Source of the DNA: a virus
Lineage: Duplodnaviria; Caudoviricetes
DNA length: 38,369 nt
Reading direction: 5' to 3' (one strand)
IMG/VR virus record: IMGVR_UViG_3300030104_004449
Span: 1 to 38,369 of that record
Positions 9,319 through 17,999 of the stretch are shown piece after piece (position 1 is the stretch's first letter; every line of letters starts with the position of its first letter). The notes beneath the pieces were generated by a model that ran no database searches, had not been told where the DNA came from, and was given only the letters and a program-made list of their open reading frames with translations. The translations under genes and the position numbers were made by a program.

Positions 9319-9926
9319 CACACTACCTCCTCTAATTTTGTTTCAGGTATTCTATTATATGTTGTAATTAATTGTTCGTTTGTAAAATTGTAAACAGATT
9401 CTTTGCCAGACCAATTTAAAACAGTTTTTTGCCATTTAGGGTTTTTTGTCATGTAACTTTTAATAGAATCAACCATATCTTTTTTAGTGTCTTGCGTCAA
9501 TTCAATTTTATCAACAGGTTCTTTGTTATCAAACATTAAAGTATCTTCGCCCGCATAAACATTTATTCCCAGTCCATGAAAAGCCATTGCTTTTACTAAA
9601 CATCTTTTTAAAGTATTGTTTATGTCTGTTGGTTTTGGATTTAAAATATCTTTGTTGTAATTATCCATTACGGCTAAATCTTCAATAACAGTTTGATTTT
9701 CTACAGTAACAGCAACACGAACAAAGGCATAGCCGTCAGAATCAACAAAGGCTGTTCCTCCGTTTTCAGTTTTTATATATTCAAAACTTGCGGTTGGATA
9801 ATTTTCTTTTAGTATTGACCAAGCCCAAGCCCAAGACAAATAACTAAACCTACCTTTTTTTTCAACATGTTTAGAACAATCAATTCGGGAAAGAGTTTCC
9901 CAAACAGAAATTTTTTCTTTTGACAT
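9318..9926 (-). CDS. Sak/Rad52-like single-strand annealing protein (DUF1071-like)
   Basis: VEKKGRFSYLSWAWAW...VMDNYN...INNTLKRCLVKAMAFHGLGINVYAGED; GGAGG RBS before ATG 9926. Confidence 0.88.
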   Translation of the reverse strand: MSKEKISVWETLSRIDCSKHVEKKGRFSYLSWAWAWSILKENYPTASFEYIKTENGGTAFVDSDGYAFVRVAVTVENQTVIEDLAVMDNYNKDILNPKPTDINNTLKRCLVKAMAFHGLGINVYAGEDTLMFDNKEPVDKIELTQDTKKDMVDSIKSYMTKNPKWQKTVLNWSGKESVYNFTNEQLITTYNRIPETKLEEVV

Positions 9927-9943
9927 ATATACCTCCAATGTCT

Positions 9944-10159
9944 TTAATTAATTTTATTTCCATCTAACCATTTTTCAACTTTGTATAAAGTACCTTTGGC
10001 TTCAAGTGGAACTTTTTCAGAAACATATTTACATATGCTTTTTAAATCTTCGTTGTGCAATAAATTGCATGCCGAGTACAAGTCATTGCTTAACACTGCA
10101 ATAATAAGTGGCGAGGGCTTAACCCGATGGTTTACATAATTGTTAATTTCATTTATCAA
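9944..10159 (-). CDS. Phage hypothetical protein, 71 aa
   Basis: TTG start with AAAGG; P..LIIAVLSNDL...VP..AKGT...VEKW pattern; in operon. Confidence 0.65.
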   Translation of the reverse strand: MINEINNYVNHRVKPSPLIIAVLSNDLYSACNLLHNEDLKSICKYVSEKVPLEAKGTLYKVEKWLDGNKIN

Positions 10160-10185
10160 TTTTTAAACCTTTTTTTGAGTTCATG

Positions 10186-10215
10186 GGGGGAGGGCTTTAC
10201 AAACAACCCTCCCCC
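10186..10215. other. GC-rich intergenic hairpin in the leftward operon
   Basis: GGGGGAGGG (10186-10194) pairs with CCCTCCCCC (10207-10215); no adjacent U-tract on either strand. Confidence 0.6.
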
Positions 10216-10229
10216 AACAAACGTAATAG

Positions 10230-10400
10230 TTAATTAATTTCTTCCCGATAATTCATTATTTCAACTAACTTGCAGTGTGCATCGTCAAACTTTTTAAGTT
10301 CTTCTTTAGGTACTGAATGACTCATTTCCATAAACCATTTTATACCTATGTTTAATGCTTCGTTGAGTTGATTTATTTCTTGTTTTGTAATTGCTTTCAT
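10230..10400 (-). CDS. Small hypothetical protein, 56 aa (not in the ORF track)
   Basis: Manual translation MKAITKQEINQLNEALNIGIKWF...NYREEIN*; preceded by GAAAGGAAAAAAAA-ATG like other early genes. Confidence 0.65.
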   Translation of the reverse strand: MKAITKQEINQLNEALNIGIKWFMEMSHSVPKEELKKFDDAHCKLVEIMNYREEIN

Positions 10401-10520
10401 TTTTTTTTCCTTTCAAAATTGAATTTTTATTTACACATAACTAAAAAACATAATAACAAAAATTCAACACATGTGTGAGATTTTGTGTATATTATCTAAA
10501 AATAATTAAAAGGAGGCAAA
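10401..10520. promoter_or_regulatory. Divergent early promoter region
   Basis: AT-rich gap between divergent operons; TGTG-TATATT upstream of the AAGGAGG RBS of 10521; palindrome CACATGTG. Confidence 0.5.
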
Positions 10521-11438
10521 ATGCCAAAAGTACAAAAGATGCCCGCAATAATGTTTTACACGGGAGATTGGTTAAAAGACCCTGCCGTAAGAATGCTAAC
10601 TCTTGAACAGAGAGGTTTATGGATAGATATGTTAGCACTTATGTATGAAAGTACAGATAGGGGTTATTTGTCTTTGAAAAATGGAAATGCTGTTTCGGTC
10701 GAACAACTTTCAAGAATGGTTGGTAGTTCAACTGAAGAGGTTTCAGAGTGCCTTCAAGCAATGGAGTGTGTTGGAGTTTTTTCAAAAACTGATGAAGGCG
10801 TAATTTACAATAGGAGAATGGTAGATGATGAAAAAATTAGAGAAGCAAAATCCAAAGCAGGAAAAGCAAGTGGAGAAAAAAGAAAACGAACAAAAGTTGA
10901 ACAGAAATCTAACAAACTTCCAACACCTCTTGAATATGAAAATGAAAATGAAAATGAGATACTACTTGATGTTTCTTCTTCTGAAAAATATATAAATAAA
11001 AATATTGTCGCAGAAGTTTGGAATAGCATTCCATCAAAACGTCAAAGGGGTCGAGGAAAATTTTCAAATTCATTAATAACAAATGTTATTCGCTGTGACG
11101 TTGATATTGAAAAAGTTAAAACGGCTTTGACAAATTATTACAACTCGGATGAGGGTAAGGGTAAATATTGGAGAACTCCCGCAACTCTTATTGAAGATTT
11201 AATTTGGGAGGAAGATAATTCTCAATGGAATAAAGAAAGAGGTAAAGAAGAAAAATTTCCTCAATGTGTTTTTGAACATGAAAAAATATTAAAGAGATAT
11301 AAAGAAGAATCTGAAGAAAATCAAAACAAGGTAAATATATATTGGAAAGGCATGCAGGAACAAGGTTTTGTTGAAAGCGAAATTATCAGGAGGTTTGCCC
11401 ATAAAGTGTGGACAAAATATCCAAATTTAAGAAAATAA
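10521..11438 (+). CDS. Replication initiator-like protein (YdaU/DUF1376-type N-terminus)
   Basis: PAIMFYTGDWLKD...LTLEQRGLWIDMLALM...IYNRRM...SKAGKASG, followed by an ENENENE linker typical of lambda O-like initiators. Confidence 0.75.
   Translation: MPKVQKMPAIMFYTGDWLKDPAVRMLTLEQRGLWIDMLALMYESTDRGYLSLKNGNAVSVEQLSRMVGSSTEEVSECLQAMECVGVFSKTDEGVIYNRRMVDDEKIREAKSKAGKASGEKRKRTKVEQKSNKLPTPLEYENENENEILLDVSSSEKYINKNIVAEVWNSIPSKRQRGRGKFSNSLITNVIRCDVDIEKVKTALTNYYNSDEGKGKYWRTPATLIEDLIWEEDNSQWNKERGKEEKFPQCVFEHEKILKRYKEESEENQNKVNIYWKGMQEQGFVESEIIRRFAHKVWTKYPNLRK
10888..10957 (+). repeat. Candidate replication origin: four imperfect 11-bp iterons plus a GAAAAT tandem repeat
   Basis: gAACAaaagtt|gAACAgaaatc|tAACAaacttc|cAACAcctctt then gaatat(gaaaat)3, inside the initiator gene. 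Confidence 0.5.
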
Positions 11439-11527
11439 AATACATATAAAAAAACCCATAAACCCTTTGTTTAACCGTATTTACGGTGTTTTTTAGCATG
11501 CAAAAATAAATAAATATGATAAATATG

Positions 11528-11581
11528 ACCACAAATAGATAAAAATGTGGTAAATTACACATATAAAAGGAAAAAACAATG
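11528..11581 (+). promoter_or_regulatory. Early promoter/RBS block with overlapping inverted repeat ACCACA-N12-TGTGGT
   Basis: TGG-TAAATT extended -10-like box, then AAAGGAAAAAACAATG; near-copy at 19538-19572. Confidence 0.55.
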
Positions 11582-11665
11582 TTAAAACGATTTATAAGAC
11601 AATTTAATTTATGGAAATATAAAAATTTAGATTCATTGACCAACCGTATTGGTCTGTGGGTTTAA
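11579..11665 (+). CDS. 28-aa early peptide (not in the ORF track)
   Basis: MLKRFIRQFNLWKYKNLDSLTNRIGLWV*; same AAAAGGAAAAAACAATG initiation region as the next two genes. Confidence 0.5.
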   Translation: MLKRFIRQFNLWKYKNLDSLTNRIGLWV

Positions 11666-11686
11666 AAAAACAAAAAGGAAAAAACA

Positions 11687-12772
11687 ATGAAAAACATAAA
11701 AACAAAAATCGAAATTTTAAACGAACAGGGAATCTTAAATAATCCTGCTATCCAATCACAACTAGAAGTTATGGAATCAATGTTTAGTTGCAAAAATAAT
11801 AGAAGCATTGATACAGGTATTGTTCTTACAGGCGATACTTTTCGTATAGTTTGTAACGAAGAATGGTCATATAAATATAAAGAAATCTTAAATAGATATT
11901 TAGGTGATTCTACTAGCCAAACAATGAAGTCTTACATCAACAATCAATCTGAAAAATGCAAAAAAGAATACGAAGAAAATGGTTTTGTAGAATTTGCATA
12001 TTTTATGGGTTTCAAATTATCTACAAAAGCCAACTCAAGAAAAAGAAAATGGAACGATGCGATAATTGAAGATTTAGATTTAACTTGTTCAGAAACTGTG
12101 TACAAGTTAGAAATTGTTTTTAACAGAAATATTAGTTCTAAATTCAATGATTTAAAAGATATGGAATTTGTTTACACTTTGACAGATGGTGTTGCACCAA
12201 CAAATATAATAACTAATGTTGACAAAGCAGTTTTCACAACACTTAAGTCATTTGATAAGTGGGAACAAGAAGGCCGATGGGATAAATTGAAAGGAATGGC
12301 AATAGACATTTGGGCTAAACCTTTTGCACTTACTATTAAAAAATCATTAAAGAGTGATTCTCTTGCGAAAGAAGCAGTTGATAATCTTCTTTCACAATTT
12401 GCTGATATGGAAAATGATGGATTTAAAGTGGTAAAAAAATATGACGATTTGTCATTCTTCGAAAATAATTTAAAAGGTTACGCAGAATTTCGTAAAACAA
12501 CACAAATGGGTATTTTGCAAATTTGCATACGCATAGGTGCAGATTGTTGGAATGGTAAACTTAAAAACAACTGGAGAGAAAAGGAATCAAAAAATATCAA
12601 AGAAATTTTAGTTGATGATGTTGAAATGAAAATTGTTACTCAAGAGGAACTTTCAGAGGCTGCAATGAAAAATGAGTGTCCATTCAAATCTAGTTTTTAC
12701 GGAATAGATTTTCTTAGACGGCAAGACCGAACTCTTACAAATGTTCTTAAATTAGTAAATTGCTTAAAATAA
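11687..12772 (+). CDS. Hypothetical early protein, 361 aa
   Basis: Long ORF with AAAGGAAAAAACAATG start; no motif recognised. Confidence 0.75.
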   Translation: MKNIKTKIEILNEQGILNNPAIQSQLEVMESMFSCKNNRSIDTGIVLTGDTFRIVCNEEWSYKYKEILNRYLGDSTSQTMKSYINNQSEKCKKEYEENGFVEFAYFMGFKLSTKANSRKRKWNDAIIEDLDLTCSETVYKLEIVFNRNISSKFNDLKDMEFVYTLTDGVAPTNIITNVDKAVFTTLKSFDKWEQEGRWDKLKGMAIDIWAKPFALTIKKSLKSDSLAKEAVDNLLSQFADMENDGFKVVKKYDDLSFFENNLKGYAEFRKTTQMGILQICIRIGADCWNGKLKNNWREKESKNIKEILVDDVEMKIVTQEELSEAAMKNECPFKSSFYGIDFLRRQDRTLTNVLKLVNCLK

Positions 12773-12851
12773 AATATACAAAAACTAACACAAACTGATA
12801 AAATTAATGTAAAATACCAACATGAATAAAAATAACAAAAAGGAAAAAACA

Positions 12852-13082
12852 ATGAATAATGAAACAATCAGAAGAATAGAAAAAATGATAAACGTTAGAA
12901 CAAAAAACTCATCACATGTTCAATGGCGTTTAATTGATGAAATTAAACAATTAGAAGAAAAAAACTCAACACCAAAAAGATTAGAAAAACTAACAAAACT
13001 CAAAGACCAACTTGCAAGAGAAAAACAATCACATTTTCAAATGTTAGAAGATAGAGATGAATTGTTAAAACTAGTTAAATAA
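12852..13082 (+). CDS. Small coiled-coil hypothetical protein
   Basis: Start moved to ATG 12852, behind AAAGGAAAAAACA. Confidence 0.65.
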   Translation: MNNETIRRIEKMINVRTKNSSHVQWRLIDEIKQLEEKNSTPKRLEKLTKLKDQLAREKQSHFQMLEDRDELLKLVK

Positions 13083-13110
13083 TTGAATCAAAGAAACAAA
13101 AGGAAAAAAA

Positions 13111-13419
13111 ATGAACACAAATACAAATAAATTAAAAGTTACTTCAGCAATTTATACAAACAAAGATGGCATAAATATTCTGATTGAACTAGACCCTAAA
13201 AAGAAAAAACCATTAATAACTTCTTTTGAACAATATCAAGCAACTTTTGCTGGCTTAAAAGTAATTGACAATCAGACTAGCATGGAAAAACTTATAGAAA
13301 ATCTTGAGAAGGAAAGCCACAAATACAAAGAAGAAGTTGAAAATCTTATGAAACATGGATATGTGTACAATTCACCACTTAGCGAAGAACTTCGGACTAA
13401 GCATTGGCGGCAACTTTAA
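13111..13419 (+). CDS. Hypothetical protein, 102 aa
   Basis: AAAGGAAAAAAA-ATG start; in operon. Confidence 0.65.
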   Translation: MNTNTNKLKVTSAIYTNKDGINILIELDPKKKKPLITSFEQYQATFAGLKVIDNQTSMEKLIENLEKESHKYKEEVENLMKHGYVYNSPLSEELRTKHWRQL

Positions 13420-13435
13420 AATTAGGAGGAATAAA

Positions 13436-14218
13436 ATGAATTACTTTGATAACCCAGCAATAAGCGCAACACTTTTAAAATCAATATCTAAACAAACTCC
13501 TGCACACGCAGTTGAAAGAATGTTGTCATTTAAATCTACTCCTAATATGAAATTAGGAACAGCAGTGCATGCTATGATTCTTGAACCTGAAAAAGCAAAT
13601 GAAATATATGCAGTTGCACCAGATTGCGACAGAAGAACTAAAGCAGGTAAAGAAACATATTCAAAGTTTCTTGATTCGGTTGGTAACAAAGAAGTTATTA
13701 CTTCTGACCAATATTCAAGTGCTATGGATATGACTTTAAGTTTTTCGCAAAATCCCGAAGCCGTTAGACTTCTCAATGAATTAGACTTACACGAACAAGA
13801 ACTTTTTTGGGTGTATGGCAATTCAAATTTAGAATGCAAAGCAAAAATAGACATGATGTCTAAAAAACATATGGCTGTTGCTGACATTAAAACAACTGCT
13901 GATGCTTCGCCTGAAGGCTTTGCTAAACAATCAGCAAACATGTTATATCACATGCAATTAGCATGGTATTCTCACGCAATAGGTTTAGACCCTGAGCATG
14001 CTAACGCCTACATTATTGCTATTGAAAATACTGCGCCATATTCGACAGCAGTTTACAAATACACTTCTCAAGCATTAAAGATTGGTTGGGATATGTGCAA
14101 AGATGCTATCAAAGATTGGGAGTCATACAAACTTAAAGTTGCGTTAAATGAGAATGTCAATATGTACAGCAAGGATGTCATGGATTTAGATTTACCATTA
14201 TGGGCGGTAAAACAATGA
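13436..14218 (+). CDS. RecE/exonuclease VIII-like PD-(D/E)xK nuclease (DUF3799-like)
   Basis: ISATLLK, GTAVHAMILEP, DRRTKAGK, CKAKID, DIKTT, YHMQLAWY; AGGAGG RBS before ATG 13436. Confidence 0.9.
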   Translation: MNYFDNPAISATLLKSISKQTPAHAVERMLSFKSTPNMKLGTAVHAMILEPEKANEIYAVAPDCDRRTKAGKETYSKFLDSVGNKEVITSDQYSSAMDMTLSFSQNPEAVRLLNELDLHEQELFWVYGNSNLECKAKIDMMSKKHMAVADIKTTADASPEGFAKQSANMLYHMQLAWYSHAIGLDPEHANAYIIAIENTAPYSTAVYKYTSQALKIGWDMCKDAIKDWESYKLKVALNENVNMYSKDVMDLDLPLWAVKQ

Positions 14219-14409
14219 GAAAAATATATATAAATTGTCAAAGAAAAAAAAGTAATTATGACGATATAGATGAAGGAGGTCATGGAAATTGGGATGGTCA
14301 ATCACCACACAATGATGCTGGAGAATCAATGATGACTGCATCGCAATATTTAAAATCTTGCCAAGCGGATAATGATGACATGAACGATTATTATCCGTAT
14401 GATATGTAA
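14215..14409 (+). CDS. Small acidic hypothetical protein
   Basis: ATGA overlap with the exonuclease stop; start uncertain. Confidence 0.45.
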   Translation: MRKIYINCQRKKSNYDDIDEGGHGNWDGQSPHNDAGESMMTASQYLKSCQADNDDMNDYYPYDM

Positions 14410-14432
14410 AAATTTTTTATAAGGAGTATGTT

Positions 14433-14540
14433 ATGAAATACATTAAATGGATTTGGGAACTTGTTAATGACTTGTCATTTGGTTTAACACAAAATGGTAA
14501 ACACGATTGTTTAACAGGTAAACAGCCAATAAAAAAATAA
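14433..14540 (+). CDS. 35-aa hypothetical peptide (not in the ORF track)
   Basis: AAGGAG RBS; MKYIKWIWELVNDLSFGLTQNGKHDCLTGKQPIKK*. Confidence 0.5.
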   Translation: MKYIKWIWELVNDLSFGLTQNGKHDCLTGKQPIKK

Positions 14541-14578
14541 GTTGTTCAATAAATAATTTGCAAAAAAAGGAAAAACTA

Positions 14579-15151
14579 ATGAATGATTTTTTAAAACACA
14601 TAGATAAAGTATTTTCTAAATCAAATAAATCTTATGAAGAAATAACAAATTCAACTTTAAACAAAACAATAGTTGATATAGTTGATACACATAATCAACG
14701 CATTGGAGGCGAAATGAATTTTAAAACTGATTTAGAATATGGGAAAGAAGCCGAAGAAATAATACTTGCTAAGGTAAAAAAAAAATACCCAAAAGCCTTT
14801 ATGATAGAGGGAGAACATAAAGCATATGACATTTTTGTTCCTGAAAAAAATATGGGAATTGAAATAAAATCAGACAGGCAAGCAGATTATACTGGAAATG
14901 TTTTTATAGAAATAGAATGTAACAAACGTATTTCAGGTATATTAACTACGACAGCAGAATGGTATGTTTATAAAACTAAAAGCCTAATTTATTGGTGCAA
15001 AGTTAAAGACATTCAAAACTTTATTATTTCAAACGTTAATAAATTAAGTGATTTTAACAACACGCCAAAAGGTGAAACATCAGTTGTTAGAGGATTTTTA
15101 ATTAGAACAGAAGATTTTAGAAAAGTTGCTTTTTGGGTAGAGGAATTTTAA
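14579..15151 (+). CDS. PD-(D/E)xK restriction-endonuclease-like protein
   Basis: GKEAE...YDIF...IEIKSD...TGNVFIE...SGILTTTAEW; second in-frame start with GGAGG at 14714. Confidence 0.7.
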   Translation: MNDFLKHIDKVFSKSNKSYEEITNSTLNKTIVDIVDTHNQRIGGEMNFKTDLEYGKEAEEIILAKVKKKYPKAFMIEGEHKAYDIFVPEKNMGIEIKSDRQADYTGNVFIEIECNKRISGILTTTAEWYVYKTKSLIYWCKVKDIQNFIISNVNKLSDFNNTPKGETSVVRGFLIRTEDFRKVAFWVEEF

Positions 15152-15324
15152 TGTCACATATTGATGAAAATAGTAACGCAAAATATTGTCAACTATGCAA
15201 AAAAAATATTGCAATGAATATCGCATTGTTCAACACAACTTATGTTTGCCAGTTGTGCATGACAAAATTAAGTGATACACTTCGACCATTAGAATTAATA
15301 AAAACGGAAGGTTTTGATAAATGA
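15151..15324 (+). CDS. Small zinc-finger protein
   Basis: Two CQLC (CxxC) pairs; TAATG coupling; GAGGA RBS. Confidence 0.6.
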   Translation: MSHIDENSNAKYCQLCKKNIAMNIALFNTTYVCQLCMTKLSDTLRPLELIKTEGFDK

Positions 15325-15683
15325 GGTTAAAAATCAAGCGGAGGCAAAAATACAACGCCAAGCCAACAGAGTACAAGGGGAAGAAATATGACTCTAAAGC
15401 AGAAGCATTGTATGCCTCCCAACTTGATTCTCTTAAAGATAATGGTGAAATATATTTATGGCTAAGGCAAACGCCATTTGATTTGGGCGAGGATACGAGA
15501 TATAGAGCAGATTTTTTTGTAATAGAAGGGAACGGTACTTTTTATGCAGTAGACGTAAAAGGTGTCGAAACAGCATCGTTTAAAAAAATAAAAAAACTGT
15601 GGCACAAATATGCAGAAATGCCTTTGCACATTGTTAAAAAAAATAAGGTAGTAGAAGTTATATGTCCAAAACACCATCAGTAA
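15321..15683 (+). CDS. DUF1064-family PD-(D/E)xK nuclease (resolvase-like)
   Basis: KYNAKPT...YDSKAEA...Q.PF.L...YRADF...DVKG...FKKIKKL. Confidence 0.85.
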   Translation: MRLKIKRRQKYNAKPTEYKGKKYDSKAEALYASQLDSLKDNGEIYLWLRQTPFDLGEDTRYRADFFVIEGNGTFYAVDVKGVETASFKKIKKLWHKYAEMPLHIVKKNKVVEVICPKHHQ

Positions 15684-16075
15684 TTACTACAAGTTACAAC
15701 AAAGAAAAACTAAAAAAACTAATTAGCGATAAGTGGCTAACTAGAAAAGAATTATCAGAAGAAATGTTTTTAACTCCAACTCAAGTTACAAGAGTTATAG
15801 CAGCTGTAAGATATTTTGGAACTCCAATAATTACTAGAAAAATTAGAGTTGAAGGTTTAACTGTGAGTCAATATAAATTGGCTTCAAGCGATGATATATC
15901 TGTTTTAAGACATAAAGACGGAAGGTCTAATAATCGTGAAAATTTAATAATGATTGCTGTTTTGAGTAGAATAATAAACATGTGTGTTGAAAAAAAACCA
16001 CACGAAGATATTCAAAAACAAGCAAATTTAGCATTGCAAAGTTGCGGTGTAGAAAAAGAACTTAATGATTTTTAA
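15662..16075 (+). CDS. Winged-HTH DNA-binding protein, possible late regulator
   Basis: WLTRKELSEEMFLTPTQVTRVIAAVRYFGTPI pattern; last gene before the late region. Confidence 0.55.
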   Translation: MSKTPSVITTSYNKEKLKKLISDKWLTRKELSEEMFLTPTQVTRVIAAVRYFGTPIITRKIRVEGLTVSQYKLASSDDISVLRHKDGRSNNRENLIMIAVLSRIINMCVEKKPHEDIQKQANLALQSCGVEKELNDF

Positions 16076-16184
16076 TTAACCACAATTAACCAAATTTGTA
16101 AATCATGTTAAATTATCAAAACAAATCCCACAATCGTTGTTAATCTATAAACTATTACGCAGGGAGGAGGGCTAAAGGTGAATC

Positions 16185-16454
16185 ATGTTAGGCAATTCAA
16201 TAGAAGCAGTTACCCTTGCAGTTGTTGGCGTTTCATCAAGTGGAACAAGTGCAATAGGACTTGCAACAATGACTGTAACAAACAGCAATACTTTGACCAC
16301 AGAGACATGGATTCCTTTAGGACTTTTTCTTGCGGGTGTAGCAATGACGGCAAGTGTTGTATGGAAAGTGGCATCGCACAAAGCAAAGACAGATGCAAAA
16401 CTATTAGAACTGCAAGAACGCTTGAATCGTCTCGAAAAATCCAAGAAAAAATAA
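16185..16454 (+). CDS. Membrane protein with C-terminal coiled coil (holin-like candidate)
   Basis: TM segment WIPLGLFLAGVAMTASVVW; basic tail; AAAGGTG RBS. Confidence 0.6.
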   Translation: MLGNSIEAVTLAVVGVSSSGTSAIGLATMTVTNSNTLTTETWIPLGLFLAGVAMTASVVWKVASHKAKTDAKLLELQERLNRLEKSKKK

Positions 16455-16475
16455 TAGAATATTTTTTCCTTTCAG

Positions 16476-16514
16476 CAATCCTCACCATTTTCGTGTTGGC
16501 GGGGATTGTTGTTT
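16476..16514 (+). terminator. Possible weak terminator/hairpin
   Basis: CAATCCTCACCA...TGGCGGGGATTG stem followed by TTGTTT. Confidence 0.4.
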
Positions 16515-16529
16515 ATATAGGGGTACTGA

Positions 16530-17087
16530 ATGTTTAGTCCATTGTATTGGGATAGAATTAAAATTATTATAGGTTCAGCATGTGCCACTACTGTAATTGC
16601 TTGTTCTTCACCAAAATCAATGATTGATGACGGTGCTATTTACATTACAGATAAAGCAAACGAAACAAAATTAATTGCTGAAGAAATTAAAGTTATTTCA
16701 ACAGATGATTCGATAGTAAATAAATCAGACGTAATTGTAGAATTGCAAAGCGACATAATAACAGCAACAAGTACCATTAGAACAAATTTGCATGGAGTGG
16801 AGGACACTACGCCAACTTGGATGAGAATAGCATCTCAATTTTCAGTTGCGTTAATTATTATTGGAATCATTGTTTTGCTTTGGCAAACAGGAATTGGTTT
16901 ATTTATTAAAAAATTATTTTGGTCAATGGGTTTGTTTATTCCAAAACGAGTAATTCAATCAGCAGAAGTAGATTTTAAAGCACTTGACGAAACAAATCCA
17001 TTAACATACAGAGAATCCGTAGCGGTTCGCAGGGCAAGTGACCCTGCATACGAATACGCAATGAAACGAGTTAGGAATAGGAGTTAA
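16530..17087 (+). CDS. Lipoprotein with a C-terminal TM helix (unimolecular spanin-like topology)
   Basis: Signal-like N-terminus ending in lipobox VIAC-SS; helical middle; TM FSVALIIIGIIVLLW. Confidence 0.6.
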   Translation: MFSPLYWDRIKIIIGSACATTVIACSSPKSMIDDGAIYITDKANETKLIAEEIKVISTDDSIVNKSDVIVELQSDIITATSTIRTNLHGVEDTTPTWMRIASQFSVALIIIGIIVLLWQTGIGLFIKKLFWSMGLFIPKRVIQSAEVDFKALDETNPLTYRESVAVRRASDPAYEYAMKRVRNRS

Positions 17088-17091
17088 ATCT

Positions 17092-17214
17092 ATGTTTTTA
17101 GCAGTAATGTCAGAAATTTTAGGTACAACCTGGTGGTCAATTTTATGTTTTATTACTGGAGCATTAATTGGAAACCCATTATTTAAAATGTTACGCAGTA
17201 AAATGAAATTTTAA
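17092..17214 (+). CDS. 40-aa single-pass membrane peptide (not in the ORF track)
   Basis: AGGAG RBS; MFLAVMSEILGTTWWSILCFITGALIGNPLFKMLRSKMKF*. Confidence 0.6.
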   Translation: MFLAVMSEILGTTWWSILCFITGALIGNPLFKMLRSKMKF

Positions 17215-17240
17215 TTTTAGTTTAGGGAGGTTTTGAGGAG

Positions 17241-17507
17241 ATGCGGTTGGCGAAGCGTGTAAATCATCAAGGAGTCTTGTTCCCGGCTCCCAATAAATTG
17301 CTTCTTGAAGGTATGGCACTTGCAGGATATATTGCCTTCGCTAACAGCATTTCTTTAGAAGTTGAGGGAGAAATAAAAGATTGGGATGAAACAAGTGACT
17401 TTGTTCGTGAGGCTTGGGTTGATTCAGCAAGAGCAATGTTTGCTATGCTTGCAGTTGCATCGGGTGCAACAGTTACCGAAATTCCCGAAATTCCTAAAGA
17501 CAAATAA
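17241..17507 (+). CDS. Hypothetical protein, 88 aa
   Basis: GGAGG/GAGGAG upstream; in operon before terminase. Confidence 0.65.
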   Translation: MRLAKRVNHQGVLFPAPNKLLLEGMALAGYIAFANSISLEVEGEIKDWDETSDFVREAWVDSARAMFAMLAVASGATVTEIPEIPKDK

Positions 17508-17528
17508 TTAATTCGTGATATGCTATGT

Positions 17529-17562
17529 TACCGTTTCATAATAACGGTGGAATAACGGTGGA
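17529..17562. repeat. Tandem AATAACGGTGG x2 plus an inverted ACCGTT upstream of terS
   Basis: Exact 11-bp direct repeat at 17540-17550 and 17551-17561; inverted half-site at 17530-17535. Confidence 0.7.
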
Positions 17563-17618
17563 AGGATAAATTCATGGTCGGAGGTCGGCATGAAAAAAAG
17601 TTTCATAGGGATATTGTG

Positions 17619-17999
17619 ATGCCAAAAGAAAAAAGCGATAGAAACGGTGATGGGAAGTTCTCAAAAGGTAATTCATTTGCCATACAAAAGGGTGAGGTGA
17701 GAAACCCCAAAGGCAGACCGAAGGGTGTCTCGATTCATCAGAAGTTGCGTGATTTGCTAGAGTCGGAGGATGGAGATGCTTTAGTCGATGCGATTGCTAA
17801 ATCGGGTATTGAGCATGCTGTGAACGGTAATCCAAAGTTTTGGGAAATGATTGTTCAGATTATTGACGGCAAGATTCCAGACAAATTGGAAACAGACACT
17901 ACAACTACAATTCAGTTTGACGATGAGGCAAAGGAGAGAATTAGGAAAATCGTTGAATCAGCCGATTATGTGAATGATGACACAGATAATCGACAGTGA
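17619..17999 (+). CDS. terS: Terminase small subunit (DUF5681-like N-terminus)
   Basis: GKFSKGN...KGEVRNPKGRPKG; ...GN.KFWEMIVQIIDGK; overlaps the terL start. Confidence 0.75.
   Translation: MPKEKSDRNGDGKFSKGNSFAIQKGEVRNPKGRPKGVSIHQKLRDLLESEDGDALVDAIAKSGIEHAVNGNPKFWEMIVQIIDGKIPDKLETDTTTTIQFDDEAKERIRKIVESADYVNDDTDNRQ

Noticed and set aside
13441-13941. 166-aa minus-strand ORF and the many other short antisense ORFs in the track
   Set aside because: They lie wholly opposite well-supported genes and have no independent signals
16178-16537. 119-aa Cys-rich ORF overlapping 16185-16454
   Set aside because: The alternative frame 16185 has a better RBS and a coherent TM plus coiled-coil product; this one runs through an intergenic hairpin
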